Source: Gammaproteobacteria bacterium
Lineage (GTDB): Bacteria > Pseudomonadota > Gammaproteobacteria > Eutrophobiales > Eutrophobiaceae
Length of the DNA: 62,365 nucleotides
Reading direction: 5' to 3'
Assembly (NCBI GenBank): GCA_038922795.1
Contig: JBCKWI010000004.1
Span: 1-62,365, forward strand
The position numbers were made by a program, and so were the translations under genes. The notes below the pieces were generated by a model. It was given only the letters and a program-made list of their open reading frames with translations. It was not told the DNA's origin and searched no databases. The number at the start of each line of letters is the position of its first letter. Within the stretch, counting starts at the first letter, position 1. This document shows positions 9,561-20,479 of this stretch, piece after piece.

Positions 9561-10709
9561 ATGAAGATTGTTGCTGACAGTCAAATCCCTCTCGTCCAGC
9601 AGGCCTTTTCAAATGTTGGCGATCTACAACTCTGTGCAGGCCGTACCATCACGTCTGAACTTGTCAAAGACGCTGATATTCTGCTGGTGCGTTCAGTGAC
9701 TCCTGTGAACGCCAGTCTCCTGAACAATAGCCGGGTTAAATTCGTGGCCACCGCCACCAGTGGCACAGATCATATTGATACTGAATACTTGCGGAAATCC
9801 GGTATCGGATTTGCCTCCGCCCACGGTAGTAATGCCCAATCCGTGGTTGAGTATGTCCTGAGCAGCCTGTTTGTCCTGGCTGGACAGCAAGATTTCGATC
9901 TGAGAAAAAAAACAGTGGGCATTATCGGCTGTGGAGAAGTGGGTTCTTGTCTGAGGAAGGCGCTGAGTGCAATCGGCGTGGAATATCTTGTCAATGATCC
10001 ACCATTAAAAGACGAATCCGGAGATACGATGTATGTTGAACTGGGAGATGTAATGAAGATGGATATTATTTCATTGCATGTACCGCTGACTAATGCTGGA
10101 CCATATCCAACCCGATACCTCGTTGATGAAAAATTTCTCACAGGATTGAAACAAGACGCCATATTAATCAATACATCACGTGGTGGGGTGATCAACGGAA
10201 ATGTCTTGAAACAACATATAAATCGTCACCAGAAATTCTCAACAGTACTGGATGTCTGGGAGCATGAACCCGAAATAGATCAGGAGTTGCTGGCAAAAAT
10301 TTATATCGGTACACCACATATTGCTGGCTATAGTACTGATGCAAAGTTCCGGGCCACGCTAATGATTTATAATGGGGTCTGCAATTATTTTAATTTTCCA
10401 CAAAACTGGAAGCCAACAGGTGGACTACTAGACGCAGGTATGCAGGAATCAAAAATTGACAGGGAGGTGAATGATTTTGATGCAATAGCAATGACTGTCA
10501 CTGCACATTATGATGTCAGAAGTGATGCAGCTGCCTTACGCAGGGCCCTGGAGATAGACAGGGGAAAAACCGGATATTATTTTGATGAATTGAGAAAAAA
10601 TTATCCTCTGCGCAGGGAATTTTCTGCAACAACCGTCAAATTGCCGGCAAACCGGCACAATCTGGCAAATATACTTTTGCAACTGGGTTTTACGGTGATT
10701 AAACAGTGA
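9561..10709 (+). CDS. pdxB: Erythronate-4-phosphate dehydrogenase
   Basis: MKIVADSQIP, LLVRSVT, ATATSGTDHID, GIIGCGEVG, TPHIAGYS, C-terminal YPLRREF. Confidence 0.93.
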   Translation: MKIVADSQIPLVQQAFSNVGDLQLCAGRTITSELVKDADILLVRSVTPVNASLLNNSRVKFVATATSGTDHIDTEYLRKSGIGFASAHGSNAQSVVEYVLSSLFVLAGQQDFDLRKKTVGIIGCGEVGSCLRKALSAIGVEYLVNDPPLKDESGDTMYVELGDVMKMDIISLHVPLTNAGPYPTRYLVDEKFLTGLKQDAILINTSRGGVINGNVLKQHINRHQKFSTVLDVWEHEPEIDQELLAKIYIGTPHIAGYSTDAKFRATLMIYNGVCNYFNFPQNWKPTGGLLDAGMQESKIDREVNDFDAIAMTVTAHYDVRSDAAALRRALEIDRGKTGYYFDELRKNYPLRREFSATTVKLPANRHNLANILLQLGFTVIKQ

Positions 10710-11320
10710 CAGATAAACTCACCAGGCTTGGCTTTCTGGTCTCAGGGCGCGGCAGTAACATGCAGGCTATTATCCAGGCCTGCAAAGACCAGAAACTGCA
10801 TGCCGAGCCGGTTGTCGTTATCAGCAATAATGCCTCTGCCGGGGCATTGGACATCGCCCGTAACGAATCCATACCGGCTTTTCATTTAAGCCTGAATACT
10901 CATCCGGATGCTGATCAGCTGGACCAGACCATAACCGAAATCTTGCAACAGCATCAGGTAGATTTGGTCATTCTTGCTGGTTATATGAAAAAGATTGGCC
11001 CTGTTTTGTTAAAGGCGTATAGGAACAGGATCATTAATATCCATCCTTCATTGTTGCCAAAATTTGGCGGGCAGGGGATGTACGGAATACGGGTGCATGC
11101 AGCAGTGCTTGCTGCCGGTGAGCGGATAACCGGAGCCACTGTTCATCTGGTTGATTATGGCTATGATAGTGGATCAATATTGGGACAACGGCAAGTTGAA
11201 GTGTTGACTGGCGATAATCCGGAATCACTGGCGATACGTGTACTTGCCGTAGAACATGCATTATATGTTGAAGTGTTGCAGGATATTATAGAAGGCAAAA
11301 TAAACCTGCCTGATCAATGA
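10706..11320 (+). CDS. purN: Phosphoribosylglycinamide formyltransferase
   Basis: LVSGRGSNMQAI, VILAGYM, NIHPSLLP, GATVHLV..YDSG. GTG start overlaps the pdxB stop by 4 nt. Confidence 0.88.
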   Translation: MTDKLTRLGFLVSGRGSNMQAIIQACKDQKLHAEPVVVISNNASAGALDIARNESIPAFHLSLNTHPDADQLDQTITEILQQHQVDLVILAGYMKKIGPVLLKAYRNRIINIHPSLLPKFGGQGMYGIRVHAAVLAAGERITGATVHLVDYGYDSGSILGQRQVEVLTGDNPESLAIRVLAVEHALYVEVLQDIIEGKINLPDQ

Positions 11321-11355
11321 AAATATTTTGCAACCATAATTAAAGGGGAATAGTC

Positions 11356-11758
11356 ATGGCGATATTAAAGGAATTCAGGGAATTTGCAGTGAAAGGGAAT
11401 ATGGTTGATATGGCGGTTGGTATAATTATTGGTGCTGCGTTTGGAAAGATCGTTTCCTCATTCGTGGGAGATGTCATTATGCCGCCATTGGGTATATTAA
11501 TAGGCGGAATCAACTTTACTGATCTTGCCTTTACCCTGGAAGATGCGGTGGGTGATATACCGGCCGTGACCCTGAATTACGGCCGTTTTATACAGGCACT
11601 GGCTGATTTCACTATCGTTGCATTTGCCATTTTTATGGTGATCAAGGCCATGAGTACTATTAAAAAGAAGGAGGAGGCAGCGCCCCCTGTGCCACCGGAA
11701 CCCAACCAGGGAAGAACTACTGCTGGCAGAGATCAGGGATATACTGAAACAGCGTTAG
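11356..11758 (+). pseudogene. mscL: Large-conductance mechanosensitive channel with a +1 frameshift near 11701-11711 (real lesion, recoding or assembly error)
   Basis: [37 protein letters not shown]. The conserved C-terminal helix [15 protein letters not shown] is in the +1 frame (11711-11758). Confidence 0.9.
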
Positions 11759-11762
11759 CAGA

Positions 11763-12176
11763 TTATTCTATAGTAATGGTGATCGGTTCCGAGATCACCG
11801 GTGGATTGTGCGGCACATGGATATAATCACCGAGTAACAGTTGCAAGGTATGTTTGCCTGGCGTCAGTGTTAATCCGGTTTCTGTCTGCCCCTTGCCAAA
11901 ATGCAGATGATGATCATCAGCCGGTACCGGTTGATCCAGTGGTGGCAGATCGGTATCTATCAGCAAATGATGGTGTCCGGTATTCTCCATTTGTACACCG
12001 GCAGGGGCAACGCCCATATTTTTCAGTCCAAATTTGACAACAACCGGGTTTATGACTGTTGCTCCATCAGCGGGTGATATAAAATAAAGCTGCGCATCAC
12101 CAGGCGCACTGGATTGCGCCATCACAGCAGAGGTTATGAAAACAAGCAATAACGGTAATAACAATATTTTTGGCAT
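11763..12176 (-). CDS. DUF4399-like exported protein
   Basis: Signal peptide, [41 protein letters not shown]...HVPH. Confidence 0.8.
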   Translation of the reverse strand: MPKILLLPLLLVFITSAVMAQSSAPGDAQLYFISPADGATVINPVVVKFGLKNMGVAPAGVQMENTGHHHLLIDTDLPPLDQPVPADDHHLHFGKGQTETGLTLTPGKHTLQLLLGDYIHVPHNPPVISEPITITIE

Positions 12177-12251
12177 CAGTATTCTCCCGTATTCTTGATT
12201 TTATGCAGTGTAGCATACGCAAATAAGCCGGATTATAAATAATAATAAATT

Positions 12252-14720
12252 ATGATTAACCGTATTTCGTCACTCTATGATCGGGTTGTATTGGGTCATC
12301 CCATCGCAATGCTGGTATTCCTTTCATGCATTTTCATATTTTTTGCCTGGCATGCGCGAGAATTCAAGCTTGATGCTTCGGCTGATTCCCTGTTACTTGA
12401 GGACGATGAGGATCTCAGGACATTCCGCGACCTGAGCGAGCGTTACAAGACCAGGGAATTTCTGTTCATGACGTTTACCCCCGCGGATGATCTGTTTTCG
12501 GAATCATCCCTGCAACAGATCGGAAAATTGCGCGATGATTTAAAGCGACTGCCGTTAACGGAATCAGTGATCTCCATCCTGGATGTCCCGCTGGTCAAGC
12601 AGGTGGAAGGATCATTATCTGATGTTGCCAGTAATTACAGAACGCTTGAAAGCGAGGATGTAGATATAGTCCGCGCCAAAGACGAACTTCTGAAAAGTCC
12701 GATATTCAGTCAAATGATTATCAGTCTGGATGGCCAGACCACTGCTCTGCAAATCAACCTCATGGACAATCCTGAATACAGTGATCTGCAAAAAAGAAAA
12801 AACAGGTTGTTGTACAAGAAGAGAAAAGGCCAGTTAGATGAAGAGGGTGACGATCAGTTGTCGATCATTCTCGCTAAATATGAAAATGCGAAAAAATCAG
12901 CATCACGGCAAAATCATGAGAACATCAAAAAGATAAGGGAGATTATGCAGAACTACCGGCAACATGGCGTTCTGTATCTCGGTGGTGTGCCGATGATCAC
13001 GGATGACATGATCACCTATATAAAAAACGATCTTATGGTATTCGGTTTTGGCGTATTTATATTTCTGGTGCTGATGCTGGGGATCATATTCCGCCGCAAG
13101 CGCTGGGTGACACTCCCGTTGATAAGTTGTATCTATGCCGGTCTGTTGATGATCGGATTGCTGGGACTGGTTGGCTGGCAGGTCACAGTGATATCGTCGA
13201 ATTTCATTTCACTGATGTTGATAAGTACAATGGCCATGAATATCCATCTGATTGTGCGCTACCGGCAGTTGCGGAATGATCATCCGGAAAAGTCCCAGCG
13301 GGAGCTGGTTGCGGAGATGGCCAATAAAATGGTCTGGCCATGTTTGTATACGGCGTTGACGACCATCATGGCATTTATCTCGCTGGTAGTGAGTGATATC
13401 AAACCGGTGATCGACTTTGGCTGGATGATGACTATCGGTTTGACTGTCACTTTCCTGACTTCTTTCCTGTTATTCCCAAGCTTGCTGATCCTGTTTGATC
13501 GCACATCACTGACCAGTGGCGATGATGCACAATTCAAATTTACCGCCATACTGGCACGCATAACGGAAAGGCACGGTAACAAGGTATTGTTTCTGTCCGT
13601 ACTCCTGGCTGTAGTGAGTATTTATGGTATTACCCGGCTGGAAGTTGAAAACAGCTTTATCAATTATTTCAGCGAAGATACTGAAATTCATCAGGGTTTG
13701 AAACTCATTGATAAAAAACTCGGTGGTACAACACCGATGGATATACTTATTCATTTCCCCGCTGAAGCTGATACTGATGCGGATGAATATGATGAAGAGG
13801 ATGAGTTTGATTTGCTTTTTGGGGGCGCTGATCTGGGCAGAGCAGAGGATTACTGGTTTACCCCACACAAGGTAGAACAGGTCAAGCAAGTACATGATTA
13901 TCTTGAAGGGCTTGATGCAGTCGGCAAGGTATTATCACTGGCATCCTTGATCAGGGTTGGTGAAGATGTCAACCAGGGTACGTTCGATGCCTTTGAGCTG
14001 GCGATAGTCTACAAGCGCATGCCGGATGACCTTAAAGGAAACATGATAGATCCCTATATTTCCATCCCGGATAACGAGGCACGTATAAGTATCAGGATCA
14101 AAGACACATTGGAAGATTTGAGAAGAAATGAATTACTGAAAAAGATAAACGCTGACCTGACTGACAAGCTTGGGCTGAGTGCTGACGAATTCGAGATTAC
14201 CGGTCTGATGGTGCTTTATAACAATATGTTGCAAAGCCTGTTTACTTCCCAGATTGAAACTCTGGGCGTGGTCATGGCCGGCATTGCCCTGATGTTGCTG
14301 ATGCTGTTCCGTTCTTTGCCTCTCGCGATCATCGGCATCATCCCGAATCTGCTGGCGGCCGCAATTATTCTTGGTCTGATGGGTCTTTTAGGTATTCCAC
14401 TGGATATGATGACCATTACCATAGCTGCAATTACCATAGGTATTGCCGTGGATAACAGTATCCACTATATTTTCAGGTTCCGGGAAGAATATGCCAGGAT
14501 TGGCGACTACGTGGCGACTCTGCATTACTGCCATGCCAATATCGGCAATGCGATATTTTATACTGCCATTACCATTATTATCGGGTTCTCGATACTGGTT
14601 TTCTCCAATTTCATCCCGACCATCTATTTTGGCTTGCTGACAGCGCTGGCCATGCTCATTGCTTTACTGGCGGCCCTGACACTGCTCCCCAAGCTGATTA
14701 TGCTGTGGCGTCCTTTTTAG
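12252..14720 (+). CDS. MMPL-family / RND superfamily transporter
   Basis: 822 aa with two repeats of (1 TM, large periplasmic domain, 5 TM). LDASADSLL, GGVPMITDD, LGGTTPMD, GIAVDNSIH motifs. Confidence 0.88.
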   Translation: MINRISSLYDRVVLGHPIAMLVFLSCIFIFFAWHAREFKLDASADSLLLEDDEDLRTFRDLSERYKTREFLFMTFTPADDLFSESSLQQIGKLRDDLKRLPLTESVISILDVPLVKQVEGSLSDVASNYRTLESEDVDIVRAKDELLKSPIFSQMIISLDGQTTALQINLMDNPEYSDLQKRKNRLLYKKRKGQLDEEGDDQLSIILAKYENAKKSASRQNHENIKKIREIMQNYRQHGVLYLGGVPMITDDMITYIKNDLMVFGFGVFIFLVLMLGIIFRRKRWVTLPLISCIYAGLLMIGLLGLVGWQVTVISSNFISLMLISTMAMNIHLIVRYRQLRNDHPEKSQRELVAEMANKMVWPCLYTALTTIMAFISLVVSDIKPVIDFGWMMTIGLTVTFLTSFLLFPSLLILFDRTSLTSGDDAQFKFTAILARITERHGNKVLFLSVLLAVVSIYGITRLEVENSFINYFSEDTEIHQGLKLIDKKLGGTTPMDILIHFPAEADTDADEYDEEDEFDLLFGGADLGRAEDYWFTPHKVEQVKQVHDYLEGLDAVGKVLSLASLIRVGEDVNQGTFDAFELAIVYKRMPDDLKGNMIDPYISIPDNEARISIRIKDTLEDLRRNELLKKINADLTDKLGLSADEFEITGLMVLYNNMLQSLFTSQIETLGVVMAGIALMLLMLFRSLPLAIIGIIPNLLAAAIILGLMGLLGIPLDMMTITIAAITIGIAVDNSIHYIFRFREEYARIGDYVATLHYCHANIGNAIFYTAITIIIGFSILVFSNFIPTIYFGLLTALAMLIALLAALTLLPKLIMLWRPF

Positions 14721-14973
14721 ACATCTCTAAAAATATATATTTATCAATATGTTACTGTTATAATCTAATTTTCCATGAGCAATAGCAGGAAACCTTTCTC
14801 TCTGTGATTGATCAAATTAGAATATGCGCTTGTAAAATCAATATAATAATTTCACTACATGCAAAGCAGGTATCAAGTTCAAGCATTCCATAACGGGCTT
14901 GTCATTACGCTTGATTACAAATAATTTGGTCTGATTAAGTATTATTTACATGCATTAATGCTAGGATAATGAA

Positions 14974-15597
14974 ATGAGAACAATATCAATATTCATGGTT
15001 AGCCTCCTTTGGGCGGTTGCCTTCAATAATGCCTTCGCCACCACAAAATCCGCCGAGGAAGTTGTCATAGAGACTGCTGACAGTGTAATCGCACGGCTCA
15101 CAGTTGAGCGTGCTGAAATTGAAGCACATCCCGAAAAGCTCTATTCCCTGATAAACGAACTGGTCATCCCGCATTTTGACTTTGTGAGCATGTCAAAATG
15201 GGTACTGGGCCGGAACTGGCGGGAGGCGACTGAAGCCCAGCAACAACAATTTGTTAGCGAATTCCGCACGTTGTTAGTCCGGACTTATGCCAAGGCACTG
15301 CTGGAATATTCAAATGAGGCCATTCATTATTTTCCGGTGGAAAACAACCCTGACTCCAATATTGTGGTGGTAAAAACCGAAATTCACCAACCCGGTACCA
15401 GGCCTGTTCCCATAAATTACAGTATGCATGTCAGTGGAGGCGAGTGGAAAGTGGTGGATATCGTTGTGGATGGCATCAGCTTGATTGCCACCTATCGGGG
15501 ATCTTTTGCGTCTGAAATCAGGAAAAGTGGCATGGATGCATTGATAGCCAAATTGATGGAACGTAATACAAGCGCCACCAATGTGGCAACGCAGTGA
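14974..15597 (+). CDS. mlaC: MlaC/Ttg2D periplasmic phospholipid-binding protein
   Basis: Signal peptide, PHFDFVSMSKWVLG..W, EFRTLLVRTY, WKVVDIVVDGISLIATYRGSF. Confidence 0.92.
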   Translation: MRTISIFMVSLLWAVAFNNAFATTKSAEEVVIETADSVIARLTVERAEIEAHPEKLYSLINELVIPHFDFVSMSKWVLGRNWREATEAQQQQFVSEFRTLLVRTYAKALLEYSNEAIHYFPVENNPDSNIVVVKTEIHQPGTRPVPINYSMHVSGGEWKVVDIVVDGISLIATYRGSFASEIRKSGMDALIAKLMERNTSATNVATQ

Positions 15598-15806
15598 TTG
15601 AGCTTTCCAGCGCAGTCCACTGCCGGTCCAGATCGTGTCTGGCCACAGTTTGTTCCGGATTGTTTGCCATGTGATTGATGTCCGGGTTTTCCGGGCCATT
15701 ATTTTTAATTTATCCAACCTGTTCCTTCCTCTGAACCGGTTCTCTTGATCATCAGATTTTAACTATTAATCTTGATTTATAATTAATTCCTGTTTGGAGA
15801 CTTTGG

Positions 15807-16061
15807 GTGCATATTGACGAGATAAAACAATTGATTGAAAAAGGCCTGACCGGGGCGGAGGTTATGCTGGACGGTGATGGGACACACTTTCAGACGACAG
15901 TGGTGAGTGACCAGTTTTGCGGAAAGACCATGCTGCAAAGGCACCAGCTGGTGTATAAAACACTTGGCGGTAAAATGGGAAGAGAAATCCATGCGCTTTC
16001 AATACAGGCCTTAACCAGAGATGAATGTGAAAATCAAAAAGGTTTGGGTGTCATCAGATAA
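15807..16061 (+). CDS. ibaG: BolA/IbaG family protein
   Basis: DGDGTHF, RHQLVY, EIHALSI; directly upstream of murA. Confidence 0.9.
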   Translation: MHIDEIKQLIEKGLTGAEVMLDGDGTHFQTTVVSDQFCGKTMLQRHQLVYKTLGGKMGREIHALSIQALTRDECENQKGLGVIR

Positions 16062-17324
<1,263 letters not shown>

Positions 17325-17395
17325 ATTGTAGTTCCGGTAATCGGCCAATGAATGTTGAGCGGCATGAATACTGGCAGCTATCGAGACCTTCCAAG

Positions 17396-18037
17396 ATGAA
17401 TACAAAAGACAGTCTTACTATTGCAGTTTCCAAAGGCCGGATATTGACTGAAGCCATGCCTGTTCTGGCAAAACTGAATATCACACCTGTTGAAGATCCT
17501 GCCCGGACCAGAAAACTGGTGCTGGAGACCAATCAGACAGGTGTGAAAATCATTATCATCCGGGCCACTGATGTGCCGACTTACGTTGAATACGGGGCAG
17601 CGGATATGGGCATAGCAGGCAAGGACGTGCTGATGGAATACACCGGCAATGGTGTGTATGAGCCGCTGGACTTACAGATTGCGCTGTGCAAAATGGTTCT
17701 GGCTGAACCCAGGCAAAGAAAAATTATCAATGGAAGATTACGTGTTGCGACAAAGTATGTGAATACGACGCGTAATTATTTTGCCAGTCAGGGCAAGCAG
17801 GTTGAGATCATCAAGCTGTATGGTTCAATGGAACTGGCGGCGGTATTGGGACTTGCCGATCAGATTGTCGATCTGGTCGATTCCGGGAATACATTAAAGG
17901 CAAACGGATTGATACCGGTAGAAACGATCGCCGAGATCAGTTCCAGGGTGATCGTTAACAAGGCAGCGATGAAGATGAAATATAAAATCATCAAACCGAT
18001 GCTGAAAGAGCTGAATGCATTGGCTGGTAAAAAATGA
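17396..18037 (+). CDS. hisG: ATP phosphoribosyltransferase, short form (HisZ-dependent)
   Basis: [58 protein letters not shown]; lacks the C-terminal regulatory domain. Start chosen at MNTK. Confidence 0.95.
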   Translation: MNTKDSLTIAVSKGRILTEAMPVLAKLNITPVEDPARTRKLVLETNQTGVKIIIIRATDVPTYVEYGAADMGIAGKDVLMEYTGNGVYEPLDLQIALCKMVLAEPRQRKIINGRLRVATKYVNTTRNYFASQGKQVEIIKLYGSMELAAVLGLADQIVDLVDSGNTLKANGLIPVETIAEISSRVIVNKAAMKMKYKIIKPMLKELNALAGKK

Positions 18038-19329
18038 ACATCAGAAGAATGAATACCGGTGCTAACGGATTTGCCGGACAATTTCAGTCATTGCTAGCCA
18101 ACACTAATGAGCCGGATCCACAGTTAATTGCCACAGTACAAAATATTATCAATGACGTCAGACAGCGTGGCGATGTCGCATTGCTTGAATATACCAACCG
18201 TTTTGACCGGCGTATTGCAACGCTTGCCGATCTGGAAATACCTGTATCCATGTTACAGGATGCAATCGATAATATTCCTGATCAAATGAAACAGGCCCTT
18301 GAAACTGCTGCTGATCGAATTCGTGCCTACCATGAAAAACAGAAGCAGGAATCCTGGTTATATAAAGACCAGCAGGGTAATACGCTCGGTCAGCAGGTCA
18401 CCCCGCTTGATCGGGTAGGGGTCTATGTTCCAGGCGGGAAGGCCGCCTATCCTTCCTCTGTGTTAATGAATGTGATACCGGCGAAAGTCGCCGGTGTTAT
18501 TGAAATCATAATGGTTGTTCCATGTCCACAGGGTGAACATAATCCGCTGGTGCTGGCAGCAGCGGCGATTGCCGGTGTAGATCGGGTATTTTCCATAGGT
18601 GGTGCGCAGGCAATTGCGGCACTGGCGTACGGGACAGACACAGTGCCCAGGGTCGACAAGATAGTTGGCCCGGGCAACAATTATGTTGCTACAGCCAAAC
18701 GTCTGGTGTTTGGGGCGGTAGGGATCGATATGATTGCCGGGCCATCAGAGATATTGATAATCGCTGATGGCACGGCTGATCCGGACTGGATTGCCATGGA
18801 TATGTTTGCCCAGTCTGAACATGACGAAGAGGCGAGTTCAATTTTGCTTTGTCCGGACGCTGATTTTCTTGATGCTGTGACAGCCAGTATCAACAGATTA
18901 TTACCGGCCATGGAGCGGTCGGAAATTATCAGTACCGCGCTGGAAAATAATGGCGCGCTGATACTCTGCAAGGATATAGATGAGGCTATCAATCTAACCA
19001 ACCAGTTTGCGCCTGAACATCTTGAACTCGCTGTGGCGGAACCCGAGAAATTATTACCTGAAATCCGTCATGCGGGCGCAATCTTTATGGGCTGTTACAC
19101 GGCAGAAGTGTTCGGGGATTATTGTGCGGGCCCCAATCATGTGTTGCCCACATCACGTACGGCACGATTTTCATCGCCGCTCGGTGTATATGATTTTCAG
19201 AAGCGTTCATCAGTCATCAGGTGCACCAGGAATTCAGTGCAAGAGTTGGCCCATGTGGCATCTACACTGGCGCATGGTGAAGGGCTGACCGCGCATGCCC
19301 GTTCAGCGGAATACCGGCTCAAGCAGTAA
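18034..19329 (+). CDS. hisD: Histidinol dehydrogenase
   Basis: [50 protein letters not shown]. Confidence 0.98.
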   Translation: MNIRRMNTGANGFAGQFQSLLANTNEPDPQLIATVQNIINDVRQRGDVALLEYTNRFDRRIATLADLEIPVSMLQDAIDNIPDQMKQALETAADRIRAYHEKQKQESWLYKDQQGNTLGQQVTPLDRVGVYVPGGKAAYPSSVLMNVIPAKVAGVIEIIMVVPCPQGEHNPLVLAAAAIAGVDRVFSIGGAQAIAALAYGTDTVPRVDKIVGPGNNYVATAKRLVFGAVGIDMIAGPSEILIIADGTADPDWIAMDMFAQSEHDEEASSILLCPDADFLDAVTASINRLLPAMERSEIISTALENNGALILCKDIDEAINLTNQFAPEHLELAVAEPEKLLPEIRHAGAIFMGCYTAEVFGDYCAGPNHVLPTSRTARFSSPLGVYDFQKRSSVIRCTRNSVQELAHVASTLAHGEGLTAHARSAEYRLKQ

Positions 19330-19393
19330 CCATCATTCTCACGCTCATGCCTGGTCCAAATTTTTATAGCCGGCATGATATTGAGGAAGTATT

Positions 19394-20479
19394 TTGAAAT
19401 CCGTTAAACACTGGATCAATCCTGCAATCTTGTCCATGCAGGCCTATCATGTTCCATCGCCGGCAGGACTGCTGAAACTGGATGCGATGGAAAACCCGTA
19501 TGTCTGGCCTGAAGAACTCAGGCAAAAATGGCTGCATGAATTAAAAGATATTCCAATCAATCGTTATCCGGATGCGGCAGCACCGGCCCTCAAGGACAGA
19601 TTACGCACAGTCATGGCAGTCCCGGATAATGTATCCATCATGCTGGGTAACGGTTCAGACGAATTGATACAGATCATCGCTATGGCTCTGGCCCGATCTG
19701 ATCGTACATACCTGGCGCCTGAACCCGGATTTGTGATGTATCGTTTGATCAGCCAGACTGTGAATGCCGGTTATTGTAGTGTGCTATTAAATCCTGATGA
19801 TTTTTCCATGGAACGGGTTGCCATGTTATCGGCAATCGCGGAACAGCAACCGGCATTGATTTTTATTGCTTATCCCAATAATCCCACCGGTAACCTGTTT
19901 GACAGGGAGATCGTCCTTGATGTGATCAATCATGCGCCGGGTCTGGTAGTCATTGATGAGGCCTATCATGCCTTCGCCGGGACAAGTTTTATGGAATATC
20001 TGGACGATTTCGATAATCTGCTGGTTATGCGAACGCTGTCCAAGTCCGGTCTTGCCGGACTGAGATTGGGTTATTTGCTGGGTAAAAGTGCCTGGCTGGA
20101 TGAACTGGAAAAAATCCGCCTGCCCTATAACATCAATTCACTATCACAGAAAACAGCCGAATTCATTTTATCTCACCACGAGATATTGGCAGAGCAAGCA
20201 GCAGAAATTTGCCGGAATCGAGAGGTGTTGTTCCGGCAACTCGCGGATATTGACGGCATCAAGGTATGGCCAAGTGCCGCTAATTTTATTTTATTCCGCA
20301 CGTCTGGACTGGATGCAAACCGGATCTTTACAGGACTGAAGACCCGGGGTGTATTGATCAAAAATCTGCATGGGAGCCATCTTTTATTACAGAATTGTTT
20401 ACGGGTGACGGTAGGGACCGAGAAAGAAAACGCTGTTTTTATCGATACACTACGGCAGGTCATACAAAGTTATCACTGA
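19394..20479 (+). CDS. hisC: Histidinol-phosphate aminotransferase
   Basis: KLDAMENP, GNGSDELI, YPNNPTG, DEAY, RTLSKSGLAGLRLG. Confidence 0.96.
   Translation: MKSVKHWINPAILSMQAYHVPSPAGLLKLDAMENPYVWPEELRQKWLHELKDIPINRYPDAAAPALKDRLRTVMAVPDNVSIMLGNGSDELIQIIAMALARSDRTYLAPEPGFVMYRLISQTVNAGYCSVLLNPDDFSMERVAMLSAIAEQQPALIFIAYPNNPTGNLFDREIVLDVINHAPGLVVIDEAYHAFAGTSFMEYLDDFDNLLVMRTLSKSGLAGLRLGYLLGKSAWLDELEKIRLPYNINSLSQKTAEFILSHHEILAEQAAEICRNREVLFRQLADIDGIKVWPSAANFILFRTSGLDANRIFTGLKTRGVLIKNLHGSHLLLQNCLRVTVGTEKENAVFIDTLRQVIQSYH

Noticed and set aside
15310-15717. 135-aa minus-strand ORF overlapping mlaC
   Set aside because: About 70% lies antisense to mlaC, the start is a TTG without a clear RBS, and the sequence has no recognisable family.
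17325-17395. his leader peptide or attenuator upstream of hisG
   Set aside because: No His-codon run and no terminator hairpin; the 16-codon upstream extension has a single His.
20473-20479. 7-nt convergent overlap of hisC and degS
   Set aside because: Short stop-codon overlaps are routine in compact genomes.
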